A program made the position numbers and the translations under genes. Positions 52,579 through 64,000 of a stretch of DNA of 64,000 nt are shown here, in pieces; the stretch's first letter is position 1, and every line of letters begins with the position of its first letter. The notes under the pieces were generated by a model that saw nothing but the letters and a program-made list of their open reading frames with translations, was not told the origin of the DNA and did no database searches. Source of the DNA: Chrysomallon squamiferum (Eukaryota; Animalia; Mollusca); the NCBI GenBank assembly GCA_012295275.1, contig CM022670.1, positions 38,626,001 through 38,690,000 of the forward strand. The letters are read 5' to 3'.

Positions 52579-55131
52579 GCCTAACATGTTAAATAATTCG
52601 GTCAACCATGTTAAATAATTTCGAGATACGCAGCATTCACGATATTTCCATTAAAATCTTCGTTTGTGTTTTGACAGAAACTTAACAAATGTGATACTCG
52701 TTTCTGTTGACTGATTCACGTTATTAACGAAGTGTCGCGTTGACATGAAACAAACATCAGATGCTCTGAAAACAGCAAAAGTAACGAAAAGCAAAAGTGT
52801 TAGAAACGTGAAAATTTCGGCAGTTTTCCTGCTTATCAGTTAGATTAGGTTAGAACGTTCTAATTGGAGAAAACTGTTTTCGTGTTTGTCCGCCTCAAAT
52901 TTTAACTTCCGTCAGCAAATGTGCCCGATTTTGGAAGAATAAGTAGAACTAAAAATGATTCAAATCGCACGATTTGAAAATATCGAGTTTGTTTATTGTG
53001 ATAGGAGTTTTTAAAATTATCCTCTGTCTGTTTGTCTCTTGATAAATGAATGACTGAATAATAAATTAGTAAATAAATAAATAAATAAATAAAATAAAAA
53101 TATTGAACATTTTTAATCAAAGTCGTTAATTTTCTTTTCTTAACACACTGATCTCATAAATACGTTTTACAACTTAAGTCAAAATTAAATAAATGTTTTC
53201 CCAACAAATCAAATGTTTTTAATTAGTTCTGACCTTCTAAAACTCTTTCTCTCTCTCGATTTTTTTTTTTTTTTTTTTTTTCTAATACAAGAAAACCGAT
53301 AATGTTGGTCTGTCGTCTGCTGGACTTCAAACGTATACAATTTTGATGGCTTTTATTGTCAAAACCGCTGTCCACCTAAGGACATGCAAATACATCTTGC
53401 AGATTAGTCGTGTTTCATTGCTTAACGAACTGGCGTCTTTCGATAGCAAAAAGAGGCCGACTGGGTTTCTTTTTTTCTTCGAAACAAACAAACATTCAGG
53501 TTACATAACAGCAACAAATGTCAGCGTATAGTGTTAAAAGTCTTCGGACTGGTAAACATTAATCGACTGCAATGTTTTCTTATTAAGTTAAATCATTAAA
53601 GGGTCTTTTAGTCAGGTTTTTAATCTTTGATTTGTGGAAATATTATTTTACTTTTTACATTTTAGTTTATTTGGTAACGATTTTGTTTCAACATCTACAT
53701 TGGTCCACATTTTATTTACCGCGATATACAATATTTAATATTGGTTATACATAACTCTGTCTGTTCTTTGGTTCATGATTATTATTTATCAAAATTCTGA
53801 GGTGAAAAGCCTCCATTAAAACTAATTATTAATAAGTGTTTATTAATGTTTATATTATCCGGCTTATAATTTCATCAACAATAAGAAAACAAAAATTGAT
53901 GAACTGTTTCCAGTAACAACATTTATTCACGTGAAATTTCCACCGTTATTAATAAATATTTAAAATTAATGTTGCATAGTTTATCGTCTGAGTTCACAGG
54001 CTTTCTTACGATTAAATACGACTTCTGATTATAATTACACGTATTTTTATTTTCCTGGCTTCGAATTAATGTCGGTACAGGAAACAAACAACAAACATTT
54101 GAACCCATGCCACAAAGTTAGTTTTGTCGATCTCAGAGATGTTGGTAATGTTGTCCCTGAAACAACGCGTTAAACCACGATTTCCCCAAACGTGATACCT
54201 AAACACATGTTGTTAACATTTCAGAGATGGAATATAACATTTTACCTTGATATTAACTTTCACTGTTTTACGGACATGCATTTCCTACCAGTAGTTTCAA
54301 TATTAGGGGTCGCATATATATTGGTAATAGTAATATTACGTTTTCGAGTCCTGACGCACCTAAGTCCTTCTTTCTCTCTCCGTTTCTTTCCATTTCTACT
54401 TAATCTCTCTCTCTCTCTCTCATTCAGTCAAAAACCAAGTTCATCAGGAAAACAAATGATCATAAAATAATTCCGTCGCTCTGTGTCAGAGACTGTTTAA
54501 ATATATGCATCATTCACTCTCTTTGATCAGCGTAGTCTTTCTGAAACGTGTTTAGATGCCTAACAACGTGCTCTTGAAAATGCAATTTACTACATTTCTA
54601 ACGCAGTGCAATGTAAATGTTACAGAAGTGGCAAATATATCCTTCTGGACGTATATTTAAAAAAGGACTCGAATTTTCTTGCTTTTTATCCCTTTCTTCC
54701 AGATGAAAAAAAACACGAAAAAAAGACGAAATAAAAACGAACCTCAAAACGATTGGGCTATACTTAAAGACACGGACTTTCGTATTTGAACAGCCTTTAA
54801 CACTGTAAGCCAACGGAGCATTAAGAAATCTTGATATTGTGAGTATTGTTTCTACTCGGCAGTTGGTGCATCAAACAAAACTATTTACTTTCTGTGTTTG
54901 TTTCACGTCAATCTTTAAATTTGCTACATGGCACTGCTTGGCTAGGCCCCAGTGGATTGATTTTTTTTTTTTTTTTCTTTTTCAAATCGCAAAACAAGTT
55001 TCTTTTCTGTTTGTCGTTCCACCCTCGTCGTGTTGGGTCCAAAGAAATAAAGGCTTGATGAAATTTTAACCGTATGTACGTAGTACAGTATTGAAACGTG
55101 GGATTTGACATTGTTATCAGCAAGAGTTATT

Positions 55132-55504
55132 ATGTCACAGGCTTCGAGAATCTGTTTTCGTTTTCTTGTTTTTATTTGTGGTGTGATTGCTATTGGTAAA
55201 GCTTGCGACGACCCTTCCAAGATTGCAACTGTGGAACAGAAGGTGGGATTTTCTCACATCGTTATTCAGGGTACAGTGATCAGACATTACCCACTGAACC
55301 AGACCCCAGAACTTTTCACTGCCGAAATTGAAGTACACTGTGTGTTCAAAGATCAAGGGAGACGAATACCACAATTTTTAAACATTTCAAGAGCTGGTAA
55401 AACTTTATTTATTTATTTATTTATTTATTATTAGTAGTATTCGTATTCCTATTAGTATTGTTTTTGTTGTTACTTTGGTTATCGTTAAAAATTGTGCTTT
55501 ACTA

Positions 55505-55553
<49 letters not shown>

Positions 55554-57186
55554 TTGATAACGATGATAATCATCATAAATTATGTAATCCTATATTAATG
55601 AATTTATTTATTTATTATTATTATTTTACTTGTCGTACATTAATTTTAATATAGTAAGTAAACATTTTTTGCAAAATTAATTGTACTTATTATACAAAAT
55701 CAAATGCTTTAAAAAATTATCAGTGTTTAAATTATTATTTACTTTGTAAAACTCTTTCATAAAATTCAACTTTTGATCCACTCATCATTTATTGAATATT
55801 ATTATTAGACTAGATATACACAAAAAATGTTAAATATTCGTGAATAACGTCTAGTGTTTTTATATTAATTACACTAGAAAAGAAACCCGTCATCGCCACT
55901 GTATGGGTAATTTTTATTAATTAGCGGAAAGGAATCTTATTATATAAACTTCACAATAAACCAGTCGAGCATCACTGTTTTTAACGTGAAATAAACCAAA
56001 ATTACTCATTAGCTAAGTGAAAACATACTTTACAATTTGAGGTTAAGAATTACATACGCCTTGATGCTACCTTCAGATATACACTTGCTGGGTCGACACG
56101 ATTTGCAGATTTCAAACTAGTGTTGACATAACTAAATTATAATTTGCCGTGGAGAACTTGACGTTTACTTGCAAAATCACACGTGACACTCGGGTCAGAT
56201 TCGTAAAATTTCAGACGACCGGAAGAAACCGAGTTTAAGTGGGTGGCAGAAAAATAAGCAACTGGACAACTTGTCTGAAATGCACTGGATCAATACACAT
56301 TGGTATCACCATGAGGCTAGGGACAGATACCAGAGAGAGAGAAAAGAAAAAAAAAAAAAAAAAAAAAAAAAGCAGCTCCTTCATTGTGATATATATAACA
56401 GTTACAGTTTGTATAATGAATGACGAAATGGTTGAAATACTGTTTCAGCATTTGGCTGTTAAGTTTAGAATATATACCAATAATTAATTTATAAATACGC
56501 ATATTTTGTTATTTTGAACATAAAATACTGCATCTCCAGTGAATGCAATAGATGCGAACTACATCAGTCTTCACAGATTCTTGTCCAAATTAATGAATAC
56601 ATAATTGCTTTACTGTGGCATTTTTACACTAACAGCTAATACATCTGATTTTGAAGAGAGAGATGAAGAAGAAGAAAAATTTTTTATTAAAATTCAGAAG
56701 AAATGTGAATAAACAGTGCATTTTTTAATGTATTAACTGTATTTGTTTTATACCCTTTTATGCATCAATTTGCAGACATCAAGCATTACTGGAAAATACG
56801 TTAAGCATAATGTTCTCACCCACAAATCTGTTACTAGCATTTTTCTTGAAGTGTGGGGATCAAGCTGCCAGATTTAAAGGGCTCTACATTTGTTTGATTT
56901 ATTTGAAAGTAAATGCTTAGTTCTGGTGTTTCTCGATCTTGTTTCTTGAAAGTTAATCAATCAAATCTGGCTCTATCTCCCATTTTTTCTTTGTGTGTGT
57001 ATATATATATTGGCATTACAAAAAAAAAAAAAAAGAAAGAAAGAAAGAAAAATTAAAAAATTAAAAATAAACTTACACTGTAAACAAAAAAAATAGCTAT
57101 TTTGACTTCTGTTCCGATGCGTAATCTAGAAAAGTGTAATTTTTGTAACTTTATTCATTTGTTTCTTTGAACCAAAAAAACGCTTA

Positions 57187-57218
<32 letters not shown>

Positions 57219-57518
57219 TCCTTATTTCATTAGAGGAAAAAATATAAATTTTAAAAGTTTTATTGATATTGATAAGTTATGTAACCATGTTGTGTACTAA
57301 AATATATGTATTACGATTTAAAATGTTTTCCGTTTTACTCCCAGTGTCTCGGAACCGAGACATTTTTTTTTTGTCCCCGCAAGTACTTCGATTGGTCAGT
57401 TTCAGAGCTAATGCGGAGAATGTTTGATTGTGCATTTGGGATGTAACACAGGTATTAAGTACAATTACAGAAACTGATTCATCATTAATCTATTTGTCTG
57501 CAATAAATTTTATCTCGT

Positions 57519-57552
<34 letters not shown>

Positions 57553-58292
57553 AATAAATAATACAAATTAACAAGGATGTACAAAAAAATAAAAAAAATA
57601 AAAAAACCTCGAAAAATCTCGTAATATTTAGTGTACGTAAACGGTATGAATTGTATGAACTAACAATATCCTGATGTCACTGAAAGAAAAATCCGAAACA
57701 AACTGTATCAGAAGTTGATGCATTGTCAGCAATGTCAAATGAAAACAGGTTTTAAGATATTACGTGCCGACTGAATTAACAAAAAGGAAGCGCGGATTTG
57801 TTTTAATTGCTATAAATGCCTTGTAAACCCGACAATTACATTTCAAATATTTCTTGAATTTTAGAAGTTTCTCGCCAGCTATTGATTTCAAATATCTCCT
57901 GAAGATGTGTATTTAAGTGAGGAAAACAGAAGAAAATTCTCAGCCGTGTAATAAACAGTGATAACCATACATCGGTAAAGCGTACATGAAATATATGGCG
58001 CCTTGTAGGCATTTTCGTTTTCTTTCTAAGTTTACAATAAATGGTATGCGGTGCCGGATACAAGCATAAACTAAACAGGCTACATCTTAGGAACTCACAA
58101 TCCACTCTGAATAAAAAGAAAAAGTAAATAATAATAAAATAAAATAAAATGAAATAAAATAAAATAAATAATTAACACACACACACACACACAAACATAT
58201 ACAGACATAACATTATTGTGGGAGATCTTTTTACTATAGACGCGCGCTCACACACACACACACAGACACACACACACACACACTCACTCACA

Positions 58293-58327
<35 letters not shown>

Positions 58328-59207
58328 ACACACACACACACACACACACAGCACACACCGTCACCTTATACATGATCAAAAAGATAAAGTGGGTGTTTGT
58401 TTTTTGCTGTTTAAAAAAGTTTTAGTTTTGTATGTTTTAAATATCTATACAAACTGATTATACTTAGTTTTTTTAAAAGAATATTTTGGACTTCATGTTT
58501 AGTTTGTTCATTTCTAGGACAGTACACAAGTAATAAAAACATTAGACTTTATAGACTTATTTACTGTCCCCTTTTAGAAAACACAGAGAGGCTTTATCCA
58601 ACACATAAAACAAATGTTTTTCACACTCTGCAGTACTGAAAACAAAGTTCAAACCACAGTCACAGAATGAGGTTAAAGATTAAATGTACAAAAATTACAT
58701 TATGTTATGTTTGAGTCTGAATTGTTTGAATTGTCAAATAAAAAAAAAAATAAAAAATAAAAAAAAAAAAAAATAAAAAAATAAAAAAAATATTACACAT
58801 TTCGTTTCTTTCTTCTGTGAAATAAGTCAAATTTGAACAGTTAAATTCTTGTCTAAGTAAAGGTCTACTTGTAAGATATACAGCGTGTTTGAGTTGGTTA
58901 GACGTAACGCTTTCGTGTGACAAACCGTAAACTAATTTGTATTTTAGATGTATTTATTTTTCACCTCTGTGAAACAATATTGACAAAGGTCATTTAAACA
59001 CACAAGCTGACGTGAACGTTTTAACTGAGTAGATTGATAAGAAAACAAAAACTTAATAAAAATCAGAATGTAGAGAGGTAAGCTAGTGCATAACAACAAA
59101 CTAAAGTTTATTTTTAATCTGGAGAATGTTTGAATTGCCAAAAAAGTGTATAATATGGCCAATTACAGAAAGTACGTACTGCTTTAATAAAAATAATAAA
59201 TTTAGCA

Positions 59208-59238
<31 letters not shown>

Positions 59239-59831
59239 GCGTCTCAAACCACAACTTAACAACATTTGAAAATAAATAAAATAAAATAAATAATAATAAA
59301 GTTTACCTATTTATATGTATAAATGTTTGAATTTATATCTCTCTCTTTCTACCTATCTACCTACAAATCTATCTATCTATCAATCTATCTATCTGAATTT
59401 ATGTATGTATGTAAAATAAATCAAAAGGTAAGCAAACAAATACTATTACCATCCTCAACAATAACAACATTATATAGTTCTCAACTTTAGTTATGATAAA
59501 ATTCTCAGTTTAATTCTTTCAGTAGTATGATTTGGTTTCTTAAATTTAAAATTCAATATCTCCTATCTAAACGAATAAAAATGTATCTGTCTGACAAATG
59601 TTCAGAGTAAAAATTGCAATATCATGCCAATAGATTATAAAATCATAAACAAATGTGTTGTTATCACACTGTGACTCTACTCCCGTGAACACATGATAAA
59701 AAATGGTTGACTTGATAGTGGCTAACCTCCTACTTGTTTTGATCATGATTTTTGCCATTATATTATTTTATATTTCTGTTTCTCATTTACTTTTTGTGCG
59801 AGCCTATTATTTTTTTTTTCTAGAGAGGAGA

Positions 59832-59870
<39 letters not shown>

Positions 59871-59892
59871 AAAAAATAAAAAATAAATAAAA

Positions 59893-59929
<37 letters not shown>

Positions 59930-60874
59930 AATTAAATAAAATAAATAATAATAATAAAAAATAAAGAAAGAAAAATAAAGAAAGAGAGAAACCCGTAATA
60001 CTGACAATATACAATATAGCCAGAAATAAAAAGATAGAGACTGAGACGGATAAAAATAGATTTATTTATTTATTTATTCGTTCTCTCTTCTTTTTCCCAG
60101 GTTCAGATGCTGGTAAATGTTTCAGGAACGAGTTGAACATTGGAGAAGAATACATCATATTTCTTCGAAATTTGTCAACACGATACGAAACTCCGGAGAA
60201 AGAATTCAGTGTAAAGAATGTTCAAGATTACAAAGACTTACAGACTGCCTGTGGAATGTCGACCATCAGCAAGTATCCAGAAGGTAAAACATAATTCAGA
60301 AACAGACCAAATTTAACTAACTAAATCAATTAATTTATTTTTTTTTTTTTATATTAGTCTGTTTCATGTTTATATTATTATTGCTCTAATTATTTTTATT
60401 GTTGTCAGTATCGTTTATGATTTTAGTTATTATGTCGTTATTACTCTTGTTACGGTTATTATTATTATTACTGTCTTTATTATTAATATCATCATAATGA
60501 TTATTATCATCATCATCAATATCATCATCATCTTGAAACAGCTGCAGTTTATATATTCGGTTACAGTTATATAGTATTTTAAAATTTTACAATAATGCTA
60601 TTAAGAGAAACCCTGACATAAGATTTTTTGATTTTTTACTTGCTTTTTTAATCACAGGAATCACTGACAAAAACTCTTCTAAGAAATGCCCTGATGTCAA
60701 AGGTTACGACTGTCCACCGCCAAAACACATAGCTGCCAAAGAGAAAATAAAACGTCCACCTAACAATAAAGGTAACACATAATAAATAATACTTTGTATG
60801 GATTCGTTATTTATTAAAACATATATTGCATGTGTATTGTTTGCTTTTTCTCGCATAATAGAAAAACTAATTTT

Positions 60875-60924
<50 letters not shown>

Positions 60925-61081
60925 TAAATTTCATTCTATTTCAGGTTTGATTCAAGGGGAGAGAACTACAAATTTAATTGTGACGGTCACGAATACGGAC
61001 ATGGTTGGAGCTTCCGTGAAAATGCAGTCTGGTTATTGGCTTTTTATACACACAGCTGTAATCTGCAGAATATCAGTTTGA
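55132..61081 (+). CDS. Secreted NtA (agrin N-terminal)/TIMP-like OB-fold protein with a hydrophobic C-terminus (possible GPI anchor), about 232 aa, 4 coding exons
   Basis: Exons 55132-55396, 60101-60283, 60658-60771 and 60945-61081 are joined by phase-1 introns (699 nt). A signal peptide ends at ..GKA|C, followed by an NtA-like pattern C...TVEQK..SHIVIQGTV...AEIEVHCVFK...GKC...L..GEEYIIFL. The C-terminus is GASVKMQSGYWLFIHTAVICRISV. Confidence 0.75.
55505..55551. repeat. (AAT)n microsatellite
   Basis: A directly visible tract. Confidence 0.95.
58175..58350. repeat. Compound (CA)n/(CT)n microsatellite
   Basis: Directly visible tracts. Confidence 0.95.
60876..60921. repeat. (AAT)n microsatellite
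   Basis: A directly visible tract in the last intron of the NtA-domain gene. Confidence 0.95.
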
Positions 61082-63028
61082 ACATCACAACGGAATACAG
61101 TTGTTATAGACTTTACATACTGTGTACATATACTGTCTTAATATTAACATGTACCGTGGACTTACATTTATGCGAAATGTTTTTATGGCGTTTCGCTCAC
61201 CTACAGAAATTCATTTGAAATACATTTCACGGGATATTTAAATGTTGTTTTTTTTTAATTAATAGTTTGTGAAAAAAAAGAAAAAAAAAAGAATAATATT
61301 CACAGGTTTTGATATTTTAAAAAATACTTATTTCATCTGAAGTTTCGTGAATATTTCTTCACTTTATCTACTATGTTCACTTATTTTGTAAATTAAAAAT
61401 AATTTCTCGTTTCATTTATCATGGGCGATTACCGCAGAAGCATATTTAGTTGATTTCTACATTTGTTAAAATAGATAAACTGTAACTTAGAGAATGGTCA
61501 GTTTGTTGTCAGTTATTTAATGTAAAGTATATCTTTTATGCAAATCATCATTAATTATTATTTATCGTTTTACATTATATTTTACTTAAAGTCTAATTGA
61601 CTATATTTATTTAATATCTGCATCTTTTGTCCATTCGTTTGAGTATTTATAAGGAAATGCTGCTATGTTGTGGAAATAAAATTCCTAATCAGAAACTGAG
61701 TCAGAATTTTTTATTTGTTAATGTTGTCTGCAGCTAATATTTTTCAGTCTTATATAGCGTTTCATGAAACACATACGCACAAATAAAGAAAGAAATGTTA
61801 TTGAATAAAACGCATTAAAGACCAGAAACTCTTTCACAAATGAATAAGAACAAAAATGTCACTAGAAAAATAACAAAAAACAACCGATGGAAGAAAAAGA
61901 AGTCATACACAATATGAGAGAACGAAGAGGAGATAACCGAAAGGGACAGAGAGAGTGTGGATAATAATAATAATAAAAAATAAAAATAAGTAAACAAAAT
62001 AACAAATTAAATAAATTGAAGTAAAATAAATTGATAAAATGAAGAAAAAATAATATTCAGTATAATATTATATTAAAACTGGATATCATTTTAATAGAAA
62101 AGATCATTAACGATATTCCCTCAACAAATATATGTCGACAAGACGAAATTTTATTTTAAATCTTCTAAGTAAAGAAGTTTTTATATAAATTCCTACAGCA
62201 AAAAATTTAAATAATAAATATAATATTATGTTTTAAAAGAAAAAGAACGCTGGAAATATACCACCAGCTAATACTACATACAAATATTAAATAGCATTTA
62301 AACAATTACATTTTGACATCCTCTAAACTAATATTACTTGTAAAATACAAAAATCTTCTTTAGAATTATGCTAAACGGATTTCAAAGAAACTTATAACTG
62401 TCAGTTATTATTACTCATCTTTCTGTTTGTTTTCTTGTGACTGTATTTATTCACATAAATGCCTAGGAATGTAAACTACAAAGACCTTTGACACAAAACC
62501 TCAACCCCTCCAAACAAATGTTCAATAAGTTGGTCTATATATTTGAGAAAAAATATAATTGTGACATGCATTATTATAAGCTAAAGATAGAAATATAATG
62601 AATAAATTAATGAATTAACAAATTTACGATTAAAGAAGATTTAAAGAGAAAAACCAAAGAAATGAACCCACTTTCTCGAATGAAGATGTTATTGCAATAG
62701 CTTTTTTTTTTTCATGCTCCAAAATCAAAGGAGGAAAATAGAAGTTTAATCAAACAGGCAATGGCGGCTGTCTTGAAAAGTGTTAAAATGGTGTAGTGTA
62801 GTAAATCATAACGTAGACAGCTGGGATTAAGTTCAAAGTAAATAGGATCGACATTTCAGAAATTGTTTGCGAAAATGTTCATTTATTTCTAGTGTTGATT
62901 TAATTAAATACGTTCATCGATATTATTAAATATTTAATTTAAATGTTTTTTTGGTTTTACTTTAAATTTGATTTATTTTGGTGATTTATTTATTTATCAA
63001 TTTTATAGCTGATAGATTTTATAAAAAG

Positions 63029-63059
<31 letters not shown>

Positions 63060-63398
63060 ATATACCACTATATTTCTTTATTCAAAAACAATTACAATTA
63101 TATTTATTAATATTATTTTTATTAAAGCTAAAAGAAAAAAAGAAGAAAATACATACACCTTCCCCCCCGAAGAAAAAGCATACGCTTCAGAAGTAAAGCA
63201 AAACTTTTTCGTATTGTCAGTCTAATTAAAGTATTGAACCAGAACTAGTTCTTTCAAGAAAATAAAATATAATAATAATATCAAATACAAGTGTGTTCTG
63301 CTTAAAATTACATATATCAATATAATTTTGTATGTGTTTGTTTTACTCTGTTTTATAGTTGTTATTATTTTCATATTTAGATGCTGTCTTAAATAAAA

Positions 63399-64000
63399 AT
63401 GGATCCTGATGTTACAATTATAAAAGTTGTGAAACCAAAGGTATCATTATTAATTTATTTATAAATAATATTGATTATAAAATATTTCTTTATAGATTAA
63501 AAATCAGACCTATTAAATAATAATTTTATTATTTCATAAATATTCTTACTGAAATTTATAAATCATAAATTCTTTATTGGATGTTAAGCATAGTCTATAC
63601 TTTTTGTTCACTGACATGATGTCATTCCAGATTTATTTTTTAATAAATATATCTTGGGTTAAACTTACACTAAAAGCTTTTCACTTTACCTGATTTAATT
63701 GTTATTAACTCTGAAGAATAATATAAATTTGTAAATTAAAGTATAGACAGTGAAATATTAATAAAACAATTTTTATAATAATTCTTTCTAAGTCATGAAG
63801 TTACAATATCATATTTACATTTTAGTTTATTTATTTATTTATTTTTTAAACTTCTCCAGAAATCCATCCAGTGGGTGGCTTCTTCATTTGATGATTTTGC
63901 TGATGATAGTTTTTCATCATTTCCATCATCATCATCATCATCTACATCTGCAGAGCAGAAAAATGCAGCCTCCAGTCAGTCAAAGAAACGACCACGTGAA
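63399..64000 (+). CDS. RAD17: Probable cell-cycle checkpoint clamp loader RAD17, first two coding exons (continues beyond the window)
   Basis: Exons 63399-63440 (MDPDVTIIKVVKPK) and 63860-64000 (KSIQWVASSFDDFADDSF...KKRPRE) join in phase 0. WVASSFDDF resembles the RAD17 N-terminal WVDPSFDDF motif. A YY1-like AATGGCGGC near 62760 may mark the promoter. The identification rests on one short motif. Confidence 0.6.

Overview
This is AT-rich, intron-containing animal genomic DNA. The protein homologies, intron structure and dense microsatellites point to an invertebrate, probably a mollusc and possibly a cephalopod; the species cannot be fixed from the sequence. Spliced gene models read by hand are: the 5' end of PIGB (-, with a U12-type donor), an EndoU/XendoU endoribonuclease (-), SELENOI/EPT1 without Sec (+), FHIP1/FAM160A (+), RPS3A (-), PDZD11 (+), C9orf72 (+), a secreted and probably GPI-anchored NtA/TIMP-like OB-fold protein (+), and the probable 5' end of RAD17 (+). 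There are two head-to-head gene pairs. The most notable observation is an unrecognised 85-aa two-transmembrane ORF inside the apparent C9orf72 leader, a candidate bicistronic or alternatively processed microprotein. Also notable are a +1 frameshift in the last C9orf72 exon at CTT-AAA-A, stacked uORFs and TGCATG-flanked cassette exons in FHIP1, an Arg codon near the vertebrate SELENOI Sec position, a decayed transposon-like ORF in RPS3A intron 2 and a ~215-bp foldback palindrome. Gene identities come from remembered protein motifs, not database searches.
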